Positions 52,946 to 64,000 of a DNA stretch of 64,000 nt are shown here, one piece after another. Both the position numbers and the translations under genes were made by a program. The DNA comes from Podarcis tiliguerta (Eukaryota), in assembly GCA_965153285.1 (NCBI GenBank), contig OZ229110.1, one strand, 5' to 3'. Numbering within the stretch: position 1 is the stretch's first letter; every line of letters begins with the position of its first letter. The notes beneath the pieces were generated by a model. It worked only from the letters and a program-made list of their open reading frames with translations. It had not been told where the DNA came from and did not search any database.

Positions 52946-53259
52946 TTATTATTAAATTAACAATAATAACTATACAACAAAAACAAAAAATGGGAAATAA
53001 ATCTTGTCTGAAAGCTTATTTCTTCTGCAGCTTGCTTCCCCCTCGGGGCAAAATATAACATCTTGCCTTCATTTTGTTGGGGGAGACAGACAGAGGGTCA
53101 GGAAACTCAAAAATAAAAATGGACAGTGGAAACAGTTTAAACATTGTGCTGTGAATGGCAAGTAGTTCACTCTCGGTGACGAGTTATTGACGGACATGTC
53201 TGCGTGACCACCTGATCCAGACAAAGAGGATCCCTGGACCTCCTTCCTGCTGCACTCAC

Positions 53260-53389
53260 CTCTATGCAAAAGCCATTCTCGCACTGTGTCCGTGACATCG
53301 AAGGACAGCCACTCAGGGGAGCCGCGCGTCATCACATTCCGGCCACTGAGGTAGCGCTGCTTTGCAATGTGCTCATCAGGCTTCAGGAT
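53260..53389 (-). CDS. TGFB3: TGF-beta 3 exon 3
   Basis: atgcag|ATCCTG...AGAG|gtgagt; 130 nt; [43 protein letters not shown]. Confidence 0.97.
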
Positions 53390-54008
53390 CTGCATGGGGA
53401 GGAGGCACGCAAGACCCCATGCTCAGTTCAGCAACAACAGCAAGTGTGTCTTGCCAAACTAGAACGGATTCTCCATACAAACTCTCCATACAAACATTTG
53501 CACGCTTCCTGTGTGTTACCGATTTGCTGGGTATGATGGCGCTGAAGCCCAAGAACGCATCAAAATAGTTGCTGCTCAATGCAGAGGAGAATCCCTTCAA
53601 GTTCTGTACATGCTTTAGACAGGAAGAAGTGAAAATATACAGGAGAACACACGAGGATTGGCCGGGGGTGATGACATGCAACAAGGAGGCCAGTCAGAAA
53701 CTGAAGGCTGATCTGCTGCGCAACAGCTAGGCAAGCGGCAGCTAATCGGATGGAAAACTGCTGGAAAATTCCACATGTGCTGCCTCCTTGCGCATGGGCC
53801 AGCTGGTCCTGTGCCACTGCTTACAGGATTCTGCTTCCAGCATGTCACCACAAATACTGGGAAAGCAATGCTGGCAAAGAAGGTACGAAAGGGCCAACTA
53901 TACATTGTGCAGGCAACTCCCCATTTATGCGAGGGCTACATTCCAGGATGATGGGAACTGTAGTCCAAAAACAGCTGGAGACCCAAGTTTGGGAAACCCT
54001 GAGTTCTA

Positions 54009-54081
54009 ATGTATGTAAGGAAATAATGGAGCATTGGAACATATACAATGTTCCAATGCTCTATTATTTCTTTAAATACAT
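54009..54081. repeat. 34-bp imperfect hairpin, 5-nt loop
   Basis: Arms 54009-54042 and 54048-54081; on the plus strand one mismatch and two G.U pairs. Confidence 0.9.
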
Positions 54082-54390
54082 CAGGCTATTCCCTGAAGTA
54101 CAGCAGTGTTTGCTTTAAATGCAGGAGTTAAATCAGATGTAGAAAACAAATGGGAAAATGGGAGGAGGATGGAGAGATCATTTACAAAACGCTCCCCTAA
54201 TGCTACAGCTTTGCACATTTCTTCCCCTCCCACGTTTCTTCTTTGGGTGCAGAATATTGTAACACCATTAAGAGAAATAACATTAAATGGTGTTTAATAA
54301 CAGAGGATCGCAGTGTTAGCGTTTATGTTTTGGGGGGAGACGGGGCGGCAACTAGGCACTTCACTCTGCCCCAGCATTAACCTTGCTCAC

Positions 54391-54554
54391 CTGAAAGAGT
54401 TCAATACGCTGCTCTGTGCGTTTTGAACTGAGGTTTGGCACTCGCAGGACTCGAAACTCAGCCCGGAAGAGGTTGGTGCTGTTCTTCTCTGCCGAAGACA
54501 CGTTGAAACGGAACAGGTTGGAAGTTACGCCTTTGGGGCAGTAAGTCAGTTCAT
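54391..54554 (-). CDS. TGFB3: TGF-beta 3 exon 2
   Basis: tcttag|ATGAACTG...TTTCAG|gtgagc; 164 nt; [55 protein letters not shown]. Confidence 0.97.
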
Positions 54555-55034
54555 CTAAGAGAAAAAGAAGGAACCGAAATAACCTATTAGCCAGGATGGT
54601 CCACAATCCAACAGATGAGAGGATCTCAAGCTCATAAATTCAGCACTTGGTGACAGCGTTATTAATAGCTGAGACAGGGTCTAGCTGCGCCTTGATTCTT
54701 CTCCCTAAACTGTAGACACTTGCATAGGAGAAAAATCCCCATTGCTTCCAGCATTGTCATGGTAGACAGTCATTTTGCCATGCTGGCCTGAAGGAATCAG
54801 CGGTAGCTGATGCCAGGGGAGGAGACCTACTGCTGGTGGAGCCAATGACAGGCAGAGCCAACTAATTCTCATTTTATTACCACCCCCTTGCCTGCTGGTT
54901 CTGCCTGGGCAAGACGGAGACTGAGCAGGAGGAAACTGACAGCCAGGGCCAGTAGGCAAATGGGGGCAGGCTGCGTTTGGTGGCACAGTGCCCTGCTCAC
55001 TCTAAAGGACCAGCCTCCGCTGCAAGGAATAAAC

Positions 55035-55361
55035 CATGGGTAGGCAAACTAAGGCCCGGGGGCCGGAAATGGCCCAATCGCCTTCTAAATCCGGCCCGCG
55101 GACAGTCTGGGAATCAGCACGTTTTTACATGAGTAGAATGTGTCCTTTTATTTAAAATGCATCTCTGGGTTATTTGTGGGGCCTGCCTGGTGTTTTTACA
55201 TGAGTAAATTGTGTGCTTTGATTTAAAATGCATCTCTGGGTTCTTTCTGGGGCATAGAAATTCGTTCATTTTTCATTTTTTTCCCCAAAATATAGTCCGG
55301 CCCCCCACAAGGTCTGAGGGACAGTGAACTGGCCCCTGCTGAAAAAGTTTGCTGACCCCTG
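55035..55361. mobile_element. hAT MITE
   Basis: CATGGGTAGGCAAAC...GTTTGCTGACCCCTG ends; internal ~80-bp duplication; TSD imperfect. Confidence 0.75.
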
Positions 55362-58300
55362 TAAACCAACAAACCATGTGTTAACTTCAAGAACTTCGCT
55401 GAATTACAATGCACTGAATTACAAGGGCTCAATAAAACGTATCATTTCGCCCATAGCTATGTTCCTGGCAGTAGCTCAGGGGTATGGATGATCTCAGTGT
55501 CTCATGGAAGAATCACTTGGATACACGTCACAAAGGCGAGGTGAATGCACCATCACAGTCTCCAATAGGCACTTGACCACCCAAGTTCACTACCAAACCG
55601 GAAGAGGAAACAGGGACACCCAATAAGAAGACAGTGGTTTCTACAGGCTTGGGGGATTCCCTAGGTATGCGCGAATATATATAGTTGTACATATGGCACA
55701 GGATCGCCATTACTTTGGAAATGCAAATCTTTCACACTCTTACATGTTTACAGCCACGAACCCTGTTGCAGAACCAATAAAGCCACAGCAAACATGCTTA
55801 GGGCATCAAGTGTGAAATGGTCCCATGTAGTCACCAAGTCACAGGTAGTGAGGAAGGGAGCTGTGGCTTCTACTGAGCTGCTGTTCCTGTAAGTGGATTA
55901 ACAATTCTCGGCATCAAGGAACAAAGAAGCCCTGTGTCCCAAGCACACAACAGTGACTACTAAAACACTGGTTGCATTTTAGTTTTCTCTTTCTCTTCTA
56001 TACTGCACATTCGTTTCTTTAAACCCATTCCATTCCCAATGCTCGGGACAAGCAACAATTGTAAAACTTATAATGGATAGATGTTTACATGCATAGGAAA
56101 GCAGGAGTGAAAAACCTGGAGGTTTTTTTTTTTTGGGGGGGGGGTAATCTGTCAAGGACCACATGCTGGTGGGAGACAAGGCTGTGGGCAGGATCAGAGC
56201 CAAAAGTGGGTGGGGAAACTCCTTCCCTCCCTCCCACCTTCCCTCCTCTCCCTCTCTCATTCCTGCCCATCCAGCTTCTGGGGGATGGCTAGATTGTTTG
56301 CAAACAGCCACATGAATTTGGGCAGAGGCTAAAGGCTGCTGGCTGCCTGTTCCTGTAGTAAAAGATGGCCAGTTGCACCCTGGTCACCAAACTCAGACTA
56401 GAATATAGACCAGGGGAAGGCTGGGCGGAGTCCTTAGTTCACACAATATACAGAGGCGGCTTCCCCAGAGGGAGACAGCTGTGGTGTTCTCAGCTGCTTT
56501 TGACAAGCATGCCTGGCCCTTTGGGAAGCCTGCCACGCTGGGGCTAAACATGGACCGCAGCCACCCGTTCTCTCTTTGCGCTGCACTACTGTCCCAGGGA
56601 TGAAATGCTGGAGAGGCAGGGCGTGTTTGTGTGCATGTGTAGGGAACTTCCTCTTTTATCACCATCTGGAACGAGGGTGTGAGGCTGCTCCTAAAATATC
56701 GGGTCTGCTTTCCTATCAGAGCTTAAGCTCTCCTCCTCCTGCTATCTCACTTCCCCTGCTGGACCGAAGTCCTGGAACAGGACAAATACTTGCGAGGTAT
56801 CTGGTGGATGGTTTGGAGCCAGAACAGTTTCCTGTGTGTGTAAGCTCAGATTTGCCTGTATCAATCCTGAAACCCTCCATGGAATAAGGCTCTCCCCGCT
56901 TCCTGAGGGAGAAAGACGGGGAGGAGATTGGCTCTGGCTCCGCATTCATTCTGAATCACCACCTGGCAGAGGGACAGAGCCATGGGAAAGTTGAACATCA
57001 GCCACTTCTCTTTTTTTAAGACATGGGACCAAATCCGTTGCTCAGGCAAGTGGCTGGAGCACCACAGATTTCTGCAAGGCAGATCCCTGCTAAATTTCAT
57101 CCCCATCTTCCTCGCTGTGATCTAAGTTCAGCGGCGTCTCTTGGGATGAAGACAACTTGGTCCCAAAGGACCAACAGAGGAGACGCCTTTGCCCATGGAG
57201 TCTGTGGCTCAGCTGTTATCACTGTATTGTGGAGATACACAGTTACAGACTGAGCACATACCTGCCCAGTAGGCTAAAGCCATTCTGCCAGAGCAACCCA
57301 GTTCCACCTGGCGGCACCTCTCTACCAGCTTCTTCTGAGTCTCGCCACCCCTTCCACCTTTGTCTTGGCCTGTGCTTTCTCTCTCTACACCCAAGTACAC
57401 TGCCCTAGCATTTTGAATAGGCTCACCTTGGGCCAACCACCTTTCCATGTCTCACTTTGACTAATCTGCTTCCTCCTTTCCTCTGGGTAGCACTCTCCAC
57501 TGGCTTTAATCTACATGAGCATCAGCACAGCTGTACGGCAGGGAGAAGCCCAGCAGCTGCCATGTTTCCTCTCGCAGCAAGTGAGGGGGGCATATCTATT
57601 ACAAAAGGATCTTGACAACCTCGCCTCCATTTCCCCAGCTTCTTCGTAGTGATTTATGGGTTCCAACTTCCTATTTATGGCGAGGCTAACTTTAATCAAG
57701 AGCATCTTGGGGCAATGGCATGGTCCTTCTGCATCAGATGTGTGGAGCCAGTGGACATCCAGATCTTGATGGGTTACAATCCTCTCATCGCCCCAAGTAC
57801 TGGCCATGCTGCTTGGTGTGATGGGAGCTGGAATCCAACAGGATCTGCCGGGTCATAGGCTCCCATTCACCATAAATGTAGATCCATTATTAATGGGTAT
57901 TGACACCTCTCTTTCCCTCATCCATTTAGATGAGTTATTCTGACTTTAAAAAAAAATCATTACATTAATCATGTAACTTTTATGCAGGGATTTGGTCAAA
58001 TGAATATTAGGAACCATTCACTTCCACAAATGAATCTAGCTGCATTGGCACCTTAATACCTTATTCCAGCATGAAACAACAAGACTGGTTCACATGTTGT
58101 TGTTGTTGTTTGCAGTCGTTATACCCAAATACTTGTGGGAATGTAATGTGCGAATACGTTACTGTATATTTCTGAATGACTTCCCTACCAGTATGAAGGT
58201 AGATAGAACAGAGGAGACACTATGTGCCCCTGCAATAGATCACATTTCAAGCAGTTACCTCTAAAGTTTCCATTCGGTTTTGCGCACAAGGATTTCCCTC

Positions 58301-61300
58301 GACCCATTCACAACAGCTATATGTTCCCAAATTGTTTTCAGAAGAATCATTCAGAGAACTGATCCTGAAACTGGAGTGTGCAAATTGGCTCTGGGCTTGG
58401 AATTTACATCACCAAGAAGAGTCAGGACCCACTGAGCTAAATACAGAAGTGGGTTAATGGAGCGAGAAGGGCCTGCCGAAATCTCCTTCACAGCTGGCGG
58501 GAAAGTTGCCGCTTCCTAACATTTTGTTCAGGACATTGTAGTTTGGTTGCTTTCAACGGCTGGATCTTCCCCAAGTCTTCTGTTTCCCCTACCTCATGTA
58601 ATCTGGCTCTGTACACAAACAGAATAACAGAACCAGGTTTTAAATCACCAGGGTTGGTTTGCTTTCATAGGAGAAACAGAGAGCGCTGAGATGAGTTTTA
58701 CCCTCTTGTCAGATGTTGAAAGCATTTTGGGGTCCTGACGGCTCTTCCCTGGAGAGTCGATGTGGAGCAGCTGGATCAACTGTCAGGGTGTTTAAGATGT
58801 GTGCTTCCACCTACTGCCTGCTCTACCAGTGTATTTGAAAATAATGTTGAAGATTACAAAACTCCAGCCAGTCTCCAGCGACCCTTCTAAAGGAAACCAA
58901 ACCTGGGTAGGCGCTGCCCCTCTGGAACTTCTCACTGTTCTGGGAAGCTGGGCAAGAATAACAACACAGATGATGGTTGGCTGTCATCGCAGCGCTGGCA
59001 TTGCAACAGCAGCGCTAAGAAAAGCTGATACCTCCTGACGTGACTCCACATCTGCATAGGCTCAGCCTCTAGGGCTCCACATTGCCACCCCTCCGTGTGA
59101 GAAGACACAGATGCACAACATCTGCTTAGCATCTGCATCTTTGTGGTGCCTCCTCAGCACCTTCCTTTTCCCTGCCACTGATAAAGAGGATCTGGCTGCT
59201 CTGCTGTGCTTCCTTCCTGTTAGTAGTTCAGCGACCATCTCCTCTGCATCGGGAAGAGGCTGCCCTGTTACTCCAGCTTTTTCCACCTCCTTTTCCTCAT
59301 CCTCCACGCTTCCCCTCGGCTTGCTCTCTGGGCTGCCCCCAGTTCTTCTTAGACTCCATTTGGAGACTTGGGGTAGCATCCAACCAAAAAAGATCCTACT
59401 TCTTCACCACCACATGCCCTCAACACAGGGAGAGGAGAGGTGGGGGAATTTAGTTTCTGCAGTCAAAAGTCCATGCACTAGCCTGCATCTATTTTGCTGG
59501 ATGCTGGCTTTGGTTCCCCTCTTGAAAAGGAAAGTGTGTAGGTTCACATGGAAGTGGCTCCTCACATGGTTTGGCCACTTCCACCATGCTAACACAAACC
59601 CTCTTTGTTGGGGTGGGGATAGCGCTGGCTGGCAAAGCTGGGATTGCCCAAACTGTGTGGGGAGCCACTTTGTAAAAATGGTTTCCCGCCTGGAAAGACA
59701 TCCACACCATTTTGTTTTTGTGCAAAGCTCCTGCGTTACTCAGGTCATGCGACCACAGTGGTGTGTGTTGGGGCGGTGGACGGAGTGGATCTGAGCCAAA
59801 GGGCTTCAGTGGCTGAACAATTTCCCCTTACATTCCCCTTACGGCTGCAAATCCAAGTGTGGGTTGAAGAGTTGTGGCTATGCCTGATCATGCCCACTCC
59901 GCTTCGCCACATGCCAAACATAACCCAAATCCACTCAACTCGGCTTACCTCACGATGCCTAGTGTTCATGTATGCGTGCATGTACCCCACAAGGAAGGAC
60001 TCTTGCCCAGTATTTGTGGTGACCGCTACTCACATATGGAACATTTTAATGTATCTGCTCAGCCCTTCAAGGATACGTTTGGCTTCCAAGCCTCATAACG
60101 CCTTTTCTCTCCCAATCCTGAAGTACGTCCCTCCCCGCTCTCCCTCTCAGTCTCTCTTTTCCCACTTCCCTCCACCCCTCCTACTTTAGTTTTCTAGACA
60201 TTGGCTCGGTTTCCTGTTCGTTGGCTGGATTTGGGGCTGATGTTATTCCAAGACACTGAGAGCTGGCTCAGCTCTGGCTTGCCCTGGTGCCAACGCTGCT
60301 CAGGATTCTTCACCTGCTGGGAGGGGGCAGTTCCACAGCAAGTGCCTGCCTTCCATAGCTCAGGGTTTCAAAGCAAGTTAGCCTTCTGCCAGCCTCTTCC
60401 TGGGGTGCATTTACTCAGTTGCAAGGCTCGCTTTCTTCAATGGGACTTGCTCCCAAAGTGTGCACAACATCGGAGCCTGCCTCTGAGCCACATTTCCACA
60501 GCTCCTCCAACCTCTTCACATTGATCAACATCCTGAAAGATACTCCTGCCATCCTCCTCCGGTTGCTGCTGCCTTCGGCACCCCTCCCTCAACAGCACTT
60601 GGCCACATCCTTCTTCCCACCCCCAAACCGCTCTGCTGTAATTCAAGAGCCCACGAGGACACCTAATGGCAGCAAAAGGAAACATGGCTTTTGCCAGGAT
60701 CTCACAGCCCCCAGATGATTGGAAAACCTGCCTATGCACTCAAAGCGTTTGCCAAGATTCCAGGCCCAGTTTTGAAAAGTGTTTACTGCGGGTGCAAAAA
60801 TCATGGATACATATGAACAAAAGTCAATGTACAGAGAGCGCACAGCTTACATGTAAACCGGCCAGACCCACACTTCCGTACATCTGCCACAAATTCACAG
60901 CCAGATGCATTTCATTCTCTCACTCAAATGCTTCCCCCCACTTCAACCTGGACACACAAACATTCCTTCCTGACTCATGGCTGCTTAGGATATACGGGTG
61001 CATCCAAAACATACACTGGCAACACGCACAAGTCTTTGCAAAGACAGACAGTGCATCTAATGCTAGATTAGCTGAATAGCCGATATGCGTGCAAGGATAC
61101 TACTTGCAACAGCACATCTGCCTTGGCATACACTCACAGCACATGCACTGCAGTCAGTGGTGCAATGGGCAGTTGTTGCCAACCACTTGGTTGGACAGGA
61201 TTCTGCATCCCAGAGAAAAGGCATTTCAGCTGCCAAGGCACCGCCTTCCTGATTTCAGCAGCTCAGGCAGAGAAATTCTCTCCATCCCTGCAACCTGGAA

Positions 61301-61602
61301 TTCCCAGGCATTTATGAGAATCAGAATAATCCAGGGAACCAAGCCTTGGGTCTTCAAACCTGGGTTCAAGTCCCAGTTTACCCATGTAACCGTACCACTC
61401 TGCCTCAACTTTCCATCCCTACAATGGACTTAAGAGTAACCCAAGTCAGATGTGCTCTCCCAATCCTCTCCCCACCATGGAGCTTTTAGTTGCATAGAAA
61501 CATCTCTTCCAAGCTACCTGGGCAGCCTCTGAGGATCTGATTTAGGCATCACCCCCCCCCCCCCCAACAAAAGCCCTTTCGGGGACAGGGTTCGGGACTT
61601 AC

Positions 61603-61948
61603 TGTGCTCCGGGAAGCCCTGGATCATGTCAAACTTGTGGATCTCCTTGGCGTAGTACTCAGACTCGGTGTGGTCCTGGGAGCAGCTCTCCTCCTTCTCC
61701 TCCTCCATCTCCTCCAGGAGCTCCCGGGTGCTGTTATACAGAGCCAGGATCTGGTAGGGCACGTGGCTCGGCCCCACAGTCTCCGGGGGGCTGGTGAGGC
61801 GCAACTTGCTCAGGATCTGGCCCCGGATGGCCTCCACCCTCTTCTTCTTGATGTGCTCCAGGTCCAGCGTCGTGCAGGAGGACAGCGACAGGCTGACGGT
61901 GGCCAAGCTCAGCAGCGAGAGGAGCAGCAGAGCCCTGTGCAAGTGCAT
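61603..61948 (-). CDS. TGFB3: TGF-beta 3 coding exon 1 (signal peptide, LAP N-terminus)
   Basis: Translates [55 protein letters not shown]...[18 protein letters not shown]; ends CAC A|gtaagt; 346 nt, phase 1. Confidence 0.98.
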
Positions 61949-62842
61949 CTTCAGGCGCGGTGACGGCAGGGAGCGGGGAGAGGAGGAGGAGGAGGAAGCG
62001 GCAGCAGCGGCGGCGGCGGCGGGACGCCCCCTCGGCGGAGAGCGCGCGCGCGCAAAAGGGCGCCGCCGACGAGGCGGATCCTGCAGGCTGGCGGCGCTCG
62101 GCGAGAAGGTGCATGAAGGAGCTCCCCGGCCGCGGGAGCGAGGGGGGACTTCTAGGAAGAAGCGCGGGCGGCACTAGAGCAACAGGAGCGGGAGGAGGAG
62201 GAGGGAGCGGATCGGCGCCTCGCCCTGCCGGGGTCCCTCTCCATGAGTCCGAAGGCGCACAGCGGCCGTCGAGGGGGCTCCAACCGCCGCGCCCGCGCGC
62301 CCCCGCTGCTCCCCGGGCTCACAATTACGCGGCGCTGCGCGGCTCCGGAGCCAGGAGCCCTGGAGGCGCAGCCGGGAGCGCACGTGTCGGGCGGGCCCGG
62401 GAGCGCACTTGCGGCGGCCGGCGCGCCCCGCTCATGCCTCCCGCTTGGTCGCCATTCCCCCGGCAGGCGGGCCGAAGCGGAGGCGCTTCACGAGCTGCGC
62501 CTCGGCTTCATTGGCGGCGTCGAGGGAGGGAGAGAGCGAGCGAGCGAGCGCCGTCACGGGAGACCCGCGGGCGCTGGCTGGGCTGGTTGCCGGCCGCCTG
62601 CCTGCCTGCGTCTCTCTCCGCCGCCTCCAGGTGCCAGGCGGCCGTCTCCTTCCCCGTAGTCCGCCTCGCCCCTCCTCCCCACGGCTCCTCTCGAGCTCGA
62701 CGGGGCTCCCCGGCGCCGAGCCCCCTTCACGTCTCTCTCTCTCACTCTCGCGCCCCCTGTCCCGCCGCCTCCTCCTCCTCCTCCTCTTCCTTTGCGCTCC
62801 CTCACAACACACACTGCCTCTCTCTGCTCCTCTCGCCTGAAA

Positions 62843-62867
62843 TTTTATACCTCCCTCCCATGACGTC
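62843..62867 (-). promoter_or_regulatory. TGFB3 core promoter: CRE-like GACGTCA 11 bp upstream of TATAAAA
   Basis: Minus strand GAGACGTCATGGGAGGGAGGTATAAAATT; matches the CRE-TATA arrangement known for the mammalian TGFB3 promoter; implies a TSS near 62815-62820 and a 5'UTR of about 0.87 kb. Confidence 0.85.
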
Positions 62868-64000
62868 TCTGGGACGGGCGAAGGGGGAGCGAGCGAGGGA
62901 GCGAAGGAGCTCTCCCAGCCCAGCCTGCGCGTCCAGCACAGTTCTAATGTGTTAAACAGGCGCGTCCTGTGGAAAGGCCCGCGGGGGGGGGGGATACATG
63001 CACACAGGCACATTGACGCCCACGTCCTGCGCTGATTTAGGGTGGGGGTGCTTGTCTCTCCAGGCCCTGTTTCTCGCGCATCTGCGGTTCCGGGGAAGTG
63101 GGGGGGGGGGGGCATCACAAGTTTTCTCCTGTATGCTGCCAACTCCCCCCCCCCCAACCCACCCCCGAATGAAAGGTTGGCCAGAGAATTCCGCTTCTGA
63201 CCGCGTGCGCGCGGATTCATGGATCCAGACCAAGCACCCGATGGTGGCCGCCCCCGATGGGAGCCTCCATCCCACGCATTCGGGGGCGGGGGAGAAAGCG
63301 TCCACAATTCTGCCCGGGTCGTTGCCAGCAGATAGGGTTTAAAGGATGTGTGAATGGTGATCCGAAACACAGCTGCACAGTTTTACAGGATTGGGGTTGG
63401 TGGCGCAAGAAGTCCCACTGGTTCAAACGGAATTGATTTCTTGGTGCGCTGCTGAGGACCGCAGCCTTGCTCGCAAGGAAACTTGACGGAAACTAATGGG
63501 ATGGTTGTAGAATAGATGGGTTGTGGCCGAAGTATGTAGTCCGAGTCCGGATTCTTCCATGGGAATGACCAAATGCCAACAATAAAAGGGGGGCGGGGAC
63601 CTTGGTATCCATCCTTCAATCACTTTTCTTGCCAGTGTCTTACCCGAGAGTAAGCTCCGTTGAGTTCAGTAGGGCTTACTTCTGAACAGACATGGTAATT
63701 ACGTCTATGCCATAAAACAATAATTTCATGATGGAGAGACATCAAGGTTTGATCTCGCAAAACTGGAATGTACGCAATCTGGCGAGTTTATTCCCCCGGT
63801 TCTGCTTTCCCTTTTAAAATATTGTACACCTTCGAAGGGGAGATTGTGAGTTGAGGGAAAAGGCCGAGGCTTGTGCACTTATTAGACCTGATCAAGGCGG
63901 GCCCCGCTTCATTTATTTTACAAACGTCTTCGGAGGTTGAGAGTCAAGAGTAACGAAGGCAAGCGAACGGTGCCCTCTGGCGGACAAGCTGCGCCGGTGA

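Larger units (their letters stand above)
61600..63330. promoter_or_regulatory. CpG island over TGFB3 exon 1, 5'UTR and promoter
   Basis: Very GC- and CpG-rich compared with the CpG-depleted remainder of the window. Confidence 0.9.

Noticed and set aside
59111-60189. ORFs of 227 aa and 181 aa in TGFB3 intron 1
   Set aside because: No recognisable homology or exon structure; they partly overlap a probable repeat.
62983-63154. Poly-G/poly-C runs as promoter G-quadruplexes
   Set aside because: Similar homopolymer runs are scattered through the whole window, so there is no specific signal.
61960-63370. Long ORFs of 331 aa (+) and 312 aa (-) over the TGFB3 promoter/5'UTR
   Set aside because: Stop-poor GC-rich CpG island; low-complexity R/P/A/G/S translation, no recognisable domain.

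Overview
Vertebrate genomic DNA, not prokaryotic. It is almost certainly from a squamate, probably a lacertid lizard, judged from Sauria SINEs with (ACCTTT)n tails, CR1/RTE/L1 fragments and Tc1/hAT MITEs. The window holds two convergent genes. (1) The complete 7-exon TGFB3 gene lies on the minus strand (CDS 61948->42567, 1236 nt, 411 aa, all introns GT-AG), with a TATA+CRE CpG-island promoter and a long uORF-rich 5'UTR. (2) The 3' end of TTLL5 lies on the plus strand: coding exons at 15379, 22595 and 31762, a stop-containing exon at 32976 and a probable terminal exon at 37229. The rest is intronic or intergenic sequence rich in transposon relics, including a decayed DIRS retrotransposon. Almost all other ORFs in the supplied track are spurious. 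I found no convincing new multi-gene system. The most interesting unexplained structures are a perfect 73-bp inverted repeat just after the TTLL5 stop-containing exon (with poly(A) signals in its stem and loop), inverted repeats flanking TTLL5 exons that could give a 420-nt stop-free circRNA, an overlapping uORF plus an ATG->CTG change at the TGFB3 start, and a pre-miRNA-sized hairpin in TGFB3 intron 2. Homology statements come from my recollection of vertebrate proteins and repeat families, not from database searches.
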